NCBI GenBank assembly: GCA_026415505.1
Contig: JAOAGY010000009.1
Span: forward strand, 71,818 to 135,817
Direction: 5' to 3'
From: Chlorobiota bacterium
Lineage (GTDB): Bacteria; Bacteroidota; Ignavibacteria; Kapaibacteriales; NICIL-2
DNA length: 64,000 nt
Positions 12,201 through 20,703 of this stretch are shown piece by piece. Every line of letters begins with the position of its first letter. The first letter of the stretch is position 1. The notes beneath the pieces were generated by a model. It worked only from the letters and a program-made list of their open reading frames with translations, was not told where the DNA came from and searched no databases. The translations under genes were made by a program, and so were the position numbers.

Positions 12201-12925
12201 GCTGTAGCGGCATATCCGACCCCCTTGCCGTCGAGCTTTCCGCACAGGTGCATTTGGAAGTCGCTTCTGCAACGGTAGCTATCGGCGAGACGGTGCACAT
12301 CCCGATACAGATGAGCACATCGAGGAGACTCGACCAGCTCGGTATTGGGCAAGGGAGAATCGAGATAACCTACAACGCATCGGTACTGCATCTGCTCCCA
12401 TCGTCATCCGATAGCATCCGCATTGTCGCTTTGCCTCCCGATGCCGACCATACCGCACACGCAACTATCACCACCACCGCCCTTGCCAACGATACGATCG
12501 TTGTCCTGGAGTTCGTCGCTCTGTGGGGGAATGCCGAATCATCCGATGTTGCGATAACACGTGTCTCTTGGGATACTCCCACTGTCACGACAACGTGGCG
12601 CAATGGGACGGTATGGTTGACCGGTTTCTGCAAGGCTGGTACGACTCGATTGTTCGACGACACCGGACAATTCGGCATTCGTACAATTGCACCACAGCCG
12701 AGTCACGATGCAGCCGCTATTGAATTCGTCGCGATCGAAGATTCGCCGCACACTATCGAGATCATCGATGTCGAGGGGAAAGTGCTCCATCGAATTCCAC
12801 TGATTCTACGTGCAGGCAGATACATCACCGCACTCGATGTGAGCATGCTGCCCCAGGGTCGCTATCAGGTTGTGCTCCGCTCGGCAACGATGATCGCCAC
12901 GTCACCCCTTGTGATCGTGCGATGA
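9266..12925 (+). CDS. Secreted SBBP-repeat beta-propeller protein with Ig-like repeats, cohesin-like domain and T9SS type A CTD
   Basis: Signal peptide; GFIENVGQ N-domain; repeated W[SA]T[YF]xGG..D and GxTxSxDFP; TYTVHVTDANGC Ig repeats; CTD (IAPQP..IIDVEGK..LPQGRYQV..LVIVR). Start could be 9266 or 9275. Confidence 0.85.
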   Translation: MYRMFRVHWALAFLIGSSASAVPMVQGFIENVGQLPSEVRYYAPLGSGMLYVTARGYGYVLYRQHLRMTQRFAASRIELRTQSQQPARIEATDQHFATLNFYRGNVRYEGVRVFRRVVLGELFPGIDAVLTYHPSGRIKCDYIVSAGSDPSRIAFSVVAAEPSIGESQKLHLRTSLGTIVEAAPVSYQDGRTVRTRYVLDGTTLRFAFDDFITTDAPLTIDPEIEWSSFIGGSASDQVAHVRTDRDRSIVVLGRTQSLDFPTRMGYTATLRGDYDAFIAKYSASGTLLWATYYGGLRREIHNLDHCDLVIATSGNVVITGCTQSDDLPMTPTAFQRSKASSMPSGYDLFLAEFSPNGQLVWSSYCGGHDNEDAFGIATDRTGNIYVAGHTSSDVLPITTPATPVVARKPTGSQDVFILKLSPQRQPLWVYFIGGANVETATDIVTDTRGGVYVCGYTQSVDFPTFGAGVYQSIKTAGNDGFVIKLDGLGQLQWATLLGGNGEDYCTSLALDSSFDRRLIVGGTTSSTDMWYRAAEGKTLGGSSDGFIAALDGRNGAGQWVAYHGGTNFDELTAVAIDPNNFIIAVGRTLGEYPTKAAPQPDYRGGGGDIFVAKLTPDGKVQWATYVGGSFRDRASDVAIDGNTNFVVVGQSASADFPILGTAPQAQLGNPSGIDDGVLVKFCNIVIPTAIVSGTPEFCRGESRILTATGSSSVQYDSYQWELGGVPISGATEPTYTIPATLDSGTYRYVCRVTNTARCPAVTDTIVVRINPLPTIGSRQFVICYGDPIRLDSIPITGIEPLRYRWSGEPPPDDPTSRAPLVHPATTTTYTVHVTDANGCTAEQSFTVLVLPISRLPIAIEGQRSFCEGDSAILSVPNDIGSIRWNTGETTPTITVRTSGQYFAVLSLPSGCEGYTDTVAIAVKARPKPSLIFDGSKLATTERFDRYQWMLDDSLIAGETAPTLEPQRSGKYRVLVEADGCSGISDPLAVELSAQVHLEVASATVAIGETVHIPIQMSTSRRLDQLGIGQGRIEITYNASVLHLLPSSSDSIRIVALPPDADHTAHATITTTALANDTIVVLEFVALWGNAESSDVAITRVSWDTPTVTTTWRNGTVWLTGFCKAGTTRLFDDTGQFGIRTIAPQPSHDAAAIEFVAIEDSPHTIEIIDVEGKVLHRIPLILRAGRYITALDVSMLPQGRYQVVLRSATMIATSPLVIVR

Positions 12926-14898
12926 AGCGGTACGTATTCCTCAGCGTAGCGATACTGACCGCTGCAAGCACGATGTCGCAACCGTTGCGCGTCGGTATTG
13001 TTTTCGATGCAGGCACGGACTTTCACATTACCGAGTTCCAATCTCTGCCGGGAACGTTCAGTTGCTCTCCGGGCTTTTCGACGAGCGTCGGACACGTATG
13101 GGAAATTGGAACGACAGCAATGATACCGCAGCTTGCCACAGCTATCGGATTGCCGAGTGTAGTCGTGCCGACATTTCGGCTCAGCTACGATCGAGCGTCG
13201 GTTCAGTTTACTGCACGCGAGCATCAACCGATTGCGCTCGATGCATCTGTTTCGACCGCGACGATCGAGCATCGTGCATCTGTCGAATTCTCGCGCACCA
13301 AGTTGACGATCGGCGCAAGCACGCATGTCGCCGACAACCTGTACATCGAGGCTGGACTGTGGGCTGCATATGCATTCGTTGCACCGTTCGAGCAGGGAGA
13401 ATATCTGGTAGAACCATCCGATAGAGGGCGATTCGCCGAGACAGGTACCCGAACGCGGAACGTCGTACACGGGCAATTCACCGCACGAGCACCGTTCCAA
13501 TTCGGAGCAACAGCGGTAGCTGGATGGAATGTTGCGCGAATCGGTCGCACCACCATTCGACCAGAGGCAAGTATCTCGCTACCGCTAACATCTGCTGTGA
13601 CCGGATTGTCCTGGCGCACCTTTTCCGCTCGCGCCGGTATAGCGCTGTTGCTTCCACTGCCGGAACGCGTATCGCCTTCTGAACAGCGCACCGATCCGCC
13701 ACCATACGTCCCGAACAACGAGCCTACCGAGCTTACACGACCAGAACAGCCGACACTCAGACTCGATGTTGATTTTGTAGCGATGGACAGTTCGGGTAGG
13801 CTCGTTCCTGTCGATAGCGTCACGGTTGTGACTCGAAAGCGACAAATCATTCGTCCCTTGCTACCATATGTGTTTTTCGACGAAGGAAGCTCGACGTTAC
13901 CATCGCGCTATGTACGCCTGGAGCCACCTGCTACGGCGACATTTGACGAATCCATCGTTGCGGGACAATCCACACTGGAAGCGTACTACAACTTGCTCAA
14001 CATTATCGGTGCGCGGATGAGGCGCATGCCGGACGCAGTGTTGACCATAACTGGTTGCACGATGGGTGTCGGCAGCGAAAGCAATCGCCTCGATCTCGCA
14101 CTCGAGCGCGCCAAAAGCATTCGCGACTACTTGCACGACGTGTGGGCAATTGACACCGCACGGCTTCGGCTCGTAGCTCGAAACTTGCCGGCACACCCTT
14201 CATTTGTCGGGCATCCCGATGGCAATGCCGAGAATGCACGAGCTGAGCTATCGAGTACCTCCGCGGCATTGCTCGAGCCGATTGTCGGTACGGACGAGGA
14301 GTACATCGTGTCTCCAGCGAGCGTCTTTGTCCGGATGCACAGCAATGTGTACCGACTCGATCAGTGGCGGTGGCGTGTCGTAAGCGGGCAAACGACACTC
14401 GCAGAGCAACGATACCACGGCAAGATACCATCGCTTGTTCGGTTGTCGGTACCGTGGCAATCCATCGCTGGCGATACTGTTCGGGTCGAGTTGGAAGGCA
14501 TCATCACAGCCTCATCATCGGTCGCAGGCGATGTTTTGACGATTCACCGTCGGTCGGAATCGGCGCGAGCAGACATCGAGCAATACAGCTTGATCCTGTT
14601 CGATTTCGACGACGCCACCATTCCCTCGTCCCAACAGCCGATGCTCGATTCGATCCGACGACGTATCGAGCCCGACACACGAGTTCGCATTACGGGCTAT
14701 ACCGATAGACTTGGAGATGCGGAACACAATCAGCGACTGGCAGAACGTCGGGCAACGGCAGTCGCACGCGCATTGGGTGTATCGTCTTCTGCGTCGATTC
14801 GTGCCGAGGGCAGCCGCACGTTGCTCTACGACAACTCGCTCCCGGAGGGTCGGTTCTACAGTCGGACGATTCAGATCGAACTCGATCATCGCCGATGA
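12922..14898 (+). CDS. Outer-membrane barrel protein with two OmpA-like peptidoglycan-binding domains
   Basis: Signal peptide, beta-strand N-region, Pro-rich linker, YVFFDEGSS..LALERAKSIRDYL, then LFDFD..GYTDRLGDAEHNQRLAERRA. Confidence 0.8.
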   Translation: MKRYVFLSVAILTAASTMSQPLRVGIVFDAGTDFHITEFQSLPGTFSCSPGFSTSVGHVWEIGTTAMIPQLATAIGLPSVVVPTFRLSYDRASVQFTAREHQPIALDASVSTATIEHRASVEFSRTKLTIGASTHVADNLYIEAGLWAAYAFVAPFEQGEYLVEPSDRGRFAETGTRTRNVVHGQFTARAPFQFGATAVAGWNVARIGRTTIRPEASISLPLTSAVTGLSWRTFSARAGIALLLPLPERVSPSEQRTDPPPYVPNNEPTELTRPEQPTLRLDVDFVAMDSSGRLVPVDSVTVVTRKRQIIRPLLPYVFFDEGSSTLPSRYVRLEPPATATFDESIVAGQSTLEAYYNLLNIIGARMRRMPDAVLTITGCTMGVGSESNRLDLALERAKSIRDYLHDVWAIDTARLRLVARNLPAHPSFVGHPDGNAENARAELSSTSAALLEPIVGTDEEYIVSPASVFVRMHSNVYRLDQWRWRVVSGQTTLAEQRYHGKIPSLVRLSVPWQSIAGDTVRVELEGIITASSSVAGDVLTIHRRSESARADIEQYSLILFDFDDATIPSSQQPMLDSIRRRIEPDTRVRITGYTDRLGDAEHNQRLAERRATAVARALGVSSSASIRAEGSRTLLYDNSLPEGRFYSRTIQIELDHRR

Positions 14899-16208
14899 AC
14901 CACATCGCTCTCCGTCCCACTACTGTGCTTCGGCTGTGGGTACCGTTAGCACTGACCTGGGCGATGATGTCGCTCGAAGGTCCGATTCTCCAAAGCGTCG
15001 TATCGCGTCTTCCAGATGCAGCGACAAATTTGGCTGCATTCGGAGTTGCCATCGGCATCGCCTTCGTCGTCGAATCTCCCATTATCATGTTGCTGAGTGC
15101 AAGCACCGCCTACGTCAAGGGGGCGGAAAGTTATCGTGTCGTTCATCGCGTGTCGCTGGGTCTATCGCTCGCTGTAACGATCGCAATGCTTCTGCTGGTG
15201 TTTCCGCCCGTGTACGCATTGATTGCCACTTCGATTCTGGCACTACCTCCACATATCGCCGAGCGTGTTCAGCATTGCCTCATCGCACTCGTATTCTGGC
15301 CCGGCGCGATCGGTATTCGTCGCTTCTATCAGGGCGTTATCATTCGCGCACGGATGAACCGATATATCGCCTTCGGTACGATGTTTCGACTGGCGACAAT
15401 TCTCGCTGGCGGCATTGCGCTACTGGCGAGCACCGGTACCAAAAGCGCCGTCGTTGCTGCAGCGATACTTGGTAGCGCCGTTGCCATCGAAACGATCGCG
15501 ACATGGTTCATGGCTCGCCGCGCAGTTCGACTGACTCTGGAGACAACCGACCCCGACAACTACAACCTGACAGCACTACGGCTGCTGCGATTGTACACAC
15601 CACTGGCGCTAACGAGTATCATTGCGATGGGGCTCGGTCCGGTCTTGGTTGGGTTTATGAGCCGCTTTCCTGCTGCGATCGTGTCGCTGGCAGTGTATCC
15701 TGTTGTGGACGGTCTTGTGTTTCAGTTCCGCGCTCCCTTGTTCGCATACCAGGAATTGGCGATCTCACTATTTGCAACACACGGTTTCCTCGATCGGACG
15801 ATTGCACGAACGGGATATGGGATAGCTGCATTTGCAACCGTTGTCTTGGTGCTCATCACGTTCACACCGATGGCTGACTTCGTGTACGGGACGTTCCCGT
15901 ATCGGCTCGACGTATCATCGGTCGGAGTAGCGACAATTGCAACAGCGATACTCTTGCCTCTCCCGCTTGTGAGCGCAGTGTATTCAATCCACCGCGCAGC
16001 ATTGATCGTAGCTCACCATCCGGAACAGGTTACGTATTCGACCCTCGTCGAGGCAGTGGTTACCGTCGTTGTCGCTGGTCTTTTCGCTGTTGCTCGGGTA
16101 CCGATTGTCGGAGTTTACGCTATTGCTGGAGCACTCACGATCGGGAAGCTTGCTGCCTCTGTTCAGCTTTGGTCTGCAACGAGCCGTTACCTTTCGCGGC
16201 GAGGCTGA
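14895..16208 (+). CDS. MATE/MOP-superfamily (ANKH-like) membrane transporter
   Basis: About 12 hydrophobic segments. Internal duplication: LRLWVPLAL..GP..SRLP vs LRLYTPLAL..GP..SRFP. Confidence 0.7.
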   Translation: MNHIALRPTTVLRLWVPLALTWAMMSLEGPILQSVVSRLPDAATNLAAFGVAIGIAFVVESPIIMLLSASTAYVKGAESYRVVHRVSLGLSLAVTIAMLLLVFPPVYALIATSILALPPHIAERVQHCLIALVFWPGAIGIRRFYQGVIIRARMNRYIAFGTMFRLATILAGGIALLASTGTKSAVVAAAILGSAVAIETIATWFMARRAVRLTLETTDPDNYNLTALRLLRLYTPLALTSIIAMGLGPVLVGFMSRFPAAIVSLAVYPVVDGLVFQFRAPLFAYQELAISLFATHGFLDRTIARTGYGIAAFATVVLVLITFTPMADFVYGTFPYRLDVSSVGVATIATAILLPLPLVSAVYSIHRAALIVAHHPEQVTYSTLVEAVVTVVVAGLFAVARVPIVGVYAIAGALTIGKLAASVQLWSATSRYLSRRG

Positions 16209-18073
16209 GTGAACGCAGTGTACACATCGCGCAGTGTTGCGGCTCGAATCGGATCGAGTGTGACCAGTTCTTCGATCTGGCGCGAGCAGAGATGGAGCGC
16301 ACCGCTTTTGAGCGCGACGTAACCGTACCGGAATCGCAAGTCTCCCGAATCGGGATACCGCTCGATTGCATCCTCGTAAAGTTCGAGTGCACGACTATAG
16401 AGGTGGCGCGACTCGAGGAATTTTCCGAGCGTCAAATACAGCGTTTCGCCTTGGTCCGGGCGGAGTTGGAGCACGCGTCCGATGTGTTGCTTGGCGGCAT
16501 TGTAGCGACCCAATGCAAGCTGCGTTTCAGCCATCGCTATGTGTGCGGCGACATGATCCGGTATCGCAGATAGCACTTGCTTGAGCGCATAGATTGCCTG
16601 AGCATACTCTCCCTGTTTGCGCCAAAGCTGGCTGATCGTCAACCAAGCATCGGTACAGTTCGGATCGCGCTGCAACGCCGCTGTAAGACTCGTGAGTGCA
16701 TCGGCTTCGTTACCCAATTCGAGCAAACACCGCGCGTGAAGGTAGTACGGTTCGCCTGCATCCGGTGCCAGCTCGATCATGCGCACAGCATCAGCCAACG
16801 CCAGCTCTGGACGTTTCGCGCGTAGATACAGCCAGCATCGCCCGCGCCACGATGCAAGGTCGTTCCGATCCAGATCGAGAGCAGCAGTGAATTGAGCGAT
16901 AGCACCGGCAATATCGCCAAGCTCACTGAGCACTGTCCCCAACCCACGGTATGCCTCGACCGAGGGCTGCCGCCGGATGCTCTCCTCGAACGACGATTGC
17001 GCATCCAAATAGTGATGCTGTCGGAGGCTGACGACACCTTTTGCATAATGCAACCATGGGTTGTCGGGATTGGCAAGGAGACACTCGTCGATTCTGCGAT
17101 TGAGCGCCTCGCTCGCCGAAGCGTGCTCTACGATAGCGAGAATCATCTCGACATCGGACCGGGGCGAATCGCCCGCGAGCAATTCCCCTGCAAGAGCGGC
17201 TGCATCATCCCACTGCTCGGTTTCGACGAGTGTTGCGACGAGCTGACGCCGACACTCGATATCCTGGGGCATCCCGTTGAACGCTATCCGCAAATGTTGC
17301 AGCGCCGCAACATGATGCCCGATGTTCCGCTCGATCGTACCGAGCCGCAGATGAGTTTGGTATCGTTCCGGCGCGATACTGAGCGCCTCACGATATGCTT
17401 GCAAAGCATTGCTGGTTTCGCCGAGCGATTCGAAGCAGACGCCCAACCAATGATAGACATCTGCATTGCGCGGCTGAGATTGCAAGCGACGATTGAGATA
17501 CTCGATCGCTTCGCGATAACGACCGACCGCCGTCAACACCTCTGCTGCGTGAACGTGCCCGTACGGGAAGTCCGCTTGCAATTCATAGAGCAAGCGGTAC
17601 TGCTCGGCGGAATCTTCCCAGCGTCGCCGTTGGCGATACAGTTCGGCTCTGGCGTAGAGAAAAATGCTGTCGTTGCGATGATGTGCAGCGAGCTGCTCGA
17701 TGAGAGCATCGGAACGGCTGATTTCCTGCATCGCAGCGATGTGTACAGCTCTGAGCGCGGCGAACGGCATATGTGCCGTTGCTTCTTGAGGCAATCGCTC
17801 CAGAAGCCTGCCGAGTATGTCGAAGCGCTCGTTCTCGATGGCATAGCACGCAAGCATCAGCGCAGCGACGTCGGAATCCGGATCGAGTTTTGTCGCAGCT
17901 TCGGCAAATTCGATAGCACGATCGTTCTCCCCTCGGCGCCAATGGTATGCTGCACGATCGAGCAGAGTGGCGCACTTGTCGTGTGACGCACCACCGGATG
18001 GCACAACAAAGTACACCGCTCCGTCATCACCTCGACGGAAAAATCGCTGGAGAAGTCTGCTTCGTGCAGCCAT
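16187..18073 (-). CDS. Tetratricopeptide repeat protein
   Basis: Many 34-aa TPR units (LG..A..Y..AL...P), no signal peptide. Start uncertain (18073 or 18091). Confidence 0.85.
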   Translation of the reverse strand: MAARSRLLQRFFRRGDDGAVYFVVPSGGASHDKCATLLDRAAYHWRRGENDRAIEFAEAATKLDPDSDVAALMLACYAIENERFDILGRLLERLPQEATAHMPFAALRAVHIAAMQEISRSDALIEQLAAHHRNDSIFLYARAELYRQRRRWEDSAEQYRLLYELQADFPYGHVHAAEVLTAVGRYREAIEYLNRRLQSQPRNADVYHWLGVCFESLGETSNALQAYREALSIAPERYQTHLRLGTIERNIGHHVAALQHLRIAFNGMPQDIECRRQLVATLVETEQWDDAAALAGELLAGDSPRSDVEMILAIVEHASASEALNRRIDECLLANPDNPWLHYAKGVVSLRQHHYLDAQSSFEESIRRQPSVEAYRGLGTVLSELGDIAGAIAQFTAALDLDRNDLASWRGRCWLYLRAKRPELALADAVRMIELAPDAGEPYYLHARCLLELGNEADALTSLTAALQRDPNCTDAWLTISQLWRKQGEYAQAIYALKQVLSAIPDHVAAHIAMAETQLALGRYNAAKQHIGRVLQLRPDQGETLYLTLGKFLESRHLYSRALELYEDAIERYPDSGDLRFRYGYVALKSGALHLCSRQIEELVTLDPIRAATLRDVYTAFTQPRRER

Positions 18074-18147
18074 TCGATGACCACATTCCATTGAATCGAA
18101 CCTGTGCAAAGTATCGGCAGGCTTCGAAGGGGACTTGAGAACGCTCG

Positions 18148-18155
18148 TAGTTTTG
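18148..18155 (+). promoter_or_regulatory. -7 box TAGTTTTG upstream of murD
   Basis: Matches TAnnTTTG; AAAGGA RBS-like sequence before ATG 18182. Confidence 0.55.
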
Positions 18156-18181
18156 TGCCGCACGTCTGGATAAAGGACAAC

Positions 18182-19591
18182 ATGCAGCGCTTGCACCCAC
18201 TTGCAACGGTCCAGCCACAGCATTCTCTGCCCACAGGCTCACTGCGATGCACCGTTGTCGGCGCACGGCGAAGCGGATTGGCGGCTTCGTTGTTAGCAGC
18301 AGAACTTGGCTGGGATGTTTTTCTCACCGAAATCGAAGAGCTCGATCCAGCCTCGGTCGAACCGGCACTGTCGCACCCGCGCATCACAATCGAGCTGGGC
18401 ACCCATACCATCGAACGGGCAGTCGAGACCGATGTCGTGATTGTCTCGCCTGGCATTCCACCGTCGGCACCAATCGTCACACATGCTCGCGATCGCGGCA
18501 TTCCCGTCATCGGCGAATTGGAATTCGCCAGTCGGTACACTCGCTCTCCCATCATCGCGATCACGGGGACGAATGGGAAAACGACGACAACTGCTCTAAC
18601 GGCACACATTCTTCGATCGGCAGGCTACGACGCTGTCGCCTGCGGGAACATCGGACTGCCTCTGTCCGACGTTGTACGCCGTGATCTGGAGCAACTTCCG
18701 TCTCGTCGAATTTATATCGTCGAAGCCAGTTCGTATCAGCTCGTCTGGACCGATATGTTTCACCCCGCCGTCGCTGTGATCTTGAACATCACCCCCGACC
18801 ATTTGGCATATCACGGCTCGATGGAGGAATACGTCCGTGCCAAGTGGAGAATTTTTCGCAATCAGACGCACGACGATGTACTAATTTTGTGCGCCGACGA
18901 TCCCTATGCAGCAGGGGCATCGCGGCATGCTCGGTCGCGCATCGAATGGTTCAGCATGCATCCTGTCGCAGCAGGGATGTATATGCGAGGCGACGATGAG
19001 AGCATCGTCCTGGTCAGCAGCACAACGGAGGTAAAACTGATGCACACCTGCGAGCTTTCTCTCCGCGGCAGGCACAACGTGTACAACTCGATGGCTGCCG
19101 CGCTCGCTGCCCGCGCATTCGAAGTGACCAACGAAAATCTCCGCGACAGTCTCGTCTCGTTCGCAGGCGTCGAACATCGCCTCGAGCACGTGCGCATCGT
19201 GCGTGGCGTCGAGTACGTCAACGACTCGAAGGCGACGAACGTCAACGCGACGTGGTATGCACTCCAAGCGTTCGAACGACCGATCGTATTGGTGCTCGGC
19301 GGGCGCGGTGAGTCGAACGACTATTCGATACTCGACGATCTTGTGCGCCAGCGATGCCGTTGCATCATCGCCTTCGGGGAAGAAGCCGAGACGATTTTCA
19401 ATCACTTCAGCTCGACGGTCAGATGCATTCGCGTCGAGACGCTCGCAGAAGCGGTTCACTCTGCCCACGACGCTGCCGAATCGGGCGATGTCGTCTTGTT
19501 TTCTCCAGCGTGTAAGTCGTTCGATCAGTTCATCAATTTCGAACATCGCGGCACGGTCTTCAAGGAACTCGTCTATCAGCTCCCCGACTGA
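18182..19591 (+). CDS. murD: UDP-N-acetylmuramoyl-L-alanine--D-glutamate ligase
   Basis: VSPGIP, ITGTNGKTTT, EASSYQL, NITPDHL, NDSKATN, FSPACKSFDQF..RG. Confidence 0.96.
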   Translation: MQRLHPLATVQPQHSLPTGSLRCTVVGARRSGLAASLLAAELGWDVFLTEIEELDPASVEPALSHPRITIELGTHTIERAVETDVVIVSPGIPPSAPIVTHARDRGIPVIGELEFASRYTRSPIIAITGTNGKTTTTALTAHILRSAGYDAVACGNIGLPLSDVVRRDLEQLPSRRIYIVEASSYQLVWTDMFHPAVAVILNITPDHLAYHGSMEEYVRAKWRIFRNQTHDDVLILCADDPYAAGASRHARSRIEWFSMHPVAAGMYMRGDDESIVLVSSTTEVKLMHTCELSLRGRHNVYNSMAAALAARAFEVTNENLRDSLVSFAGVEHRLEHVRIVRGVEYVNDSKATNVNATWYALQAFERPIVLVLGGRGESNDYSILDDLVRQRCRCIIAFGEEAETIFNHFSSTVRCIRVETLAEAVHSAHDAAESGDVVLFSPACKSFDQFINFEHRGTVFKELVYQLPD

Positions 19592-19593
19592 TC

Positions 19594-20703
19594 ATGCAAC
19601 GCCGTTCACTCTCCAGCGACCGACCGACGCTCTTTGTGGCGATACTGCTGCTCGTTGCCGGTATTGCGTTCGTGTACTCGGCAAGCGCAGAATTCGCCAG
19701 CATCAAACTCGGAGCATCGGAGCGGTTGGTCGTCAACCATAGCATTCGTGTCGCGCTGTCGCTTGCAGCTATGCTTCTGCTGAGCAGGATGGACTACCAT
19801 GTCCTCGTGCAATTGAGCCGCCCGATACTCGTGCTCAGCTTGGTATTGCTGCTTTTTGTACTCGTCGAGGGGACCCAGCTCAAAGGTGCTGTACGGTGGT
19901 TGGAAATCGCCGGTGTCAGCTTGCAGCCTTCCGAGCTGGCAAAGTTTGCGCTCCTGTTCCATTTGTCGGTTCGCATGAGCATTGTGGACGTCGAGCTGTG
20001 GGATTGGAAACGCGGATTTTTGCCACTGGTGGGCTGGGCTGTTGTCGTCGCCGTGCTCGTTGCGTTGCAGCCGAATCTTTCGACCGCTGCGTTGATCTCA
20101 GCGCTGGCATTGATGCTGCTCTTTCTCGGAGGGGCGCGATTGCCTCATGTCGCGACCGTTGCTGTGGCAGGTATCGGAGCGTTGGCGATATATGCCGTCG
20201 GAGCAGAATACCGAATGGAAAGGCTCACAAGCTATTTCGGTCGGGATGGCGGCGAGTCTGTCGAATCGTACCAGCTTCAACAAGCGCTCATCGGCTTCGC
20301 TCGTGGCGGAGTGCTTGGTGTCGGACCTGGACAAAGCAGGCAGCGTGATTTGTTCTTGCCCGAATCTTACGGCGACTTCATCGCGGCTGTGATCGGCGAG
20401 GAATATGGATTGCTCGGTATGGTCGGACTCCTGATCTGCTACGCAGTCATCGTCGCGCGAGGGATCATCATTGCTCGACATGCACCCGATACGCTGGGCT
20501 ATTTGCTCGCATGGGCGATCTCGCTCGTCATCGGTACCTACGCATTGGTCAACATTGCCGTTGGTTGTGGACTCTTGCCGACTACGGGCATTCCGCTGCC
20601 ACTGGTCAGCTACGGAGGCAGCAGCATCGTAGTCACAGCAGCAGCACTGGGCATATTGCTCAACATCAGCCGTCAACGCGTCGGGGGGGACAATCATGCG
20701 TAA
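19594..20703 (+). CDS. ftsW: SEDS peptidoglycan glycosyltransferase FtsW
   Basis: GAVRWL, QPSELAK, LQPN, GVGPGQS, DFI..IGEEYG, PTTGIPLPLVSYGGSS; directly follows murD. Confidence 0.92.
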   Translation: MQRRSLSSDRPTLFVAILLLVAGIAFVYSASAEFASIKLGASERLVVNHSIRVALSLAAMLLLSRMDYHVLVQLSRPILVLSLVLLLFVLVEGTQLKGAVRWLEIAGVSLQPSELAKFALLFHLSVRMSIVDVELWDWKRGFLPLVGWAVVVAVLVALQPNLSTAALISALALMLLFLGGARLPHVATVAVAGIGALAIYAVGAEYRMERLTSYFGRDGGESVESYQLQQALIGFARGGVLGVGPGQSRQRDLFLPESYGDFIAAVIGEEYGLLGMVGLLICYAVIVARGIIIARHAPDTLGYLLAWAISLVIGTYALVNIAVGCGLLPTTGIPLPLVSYGGSSIVVTAAALGILLNISRQRVGGDNHA

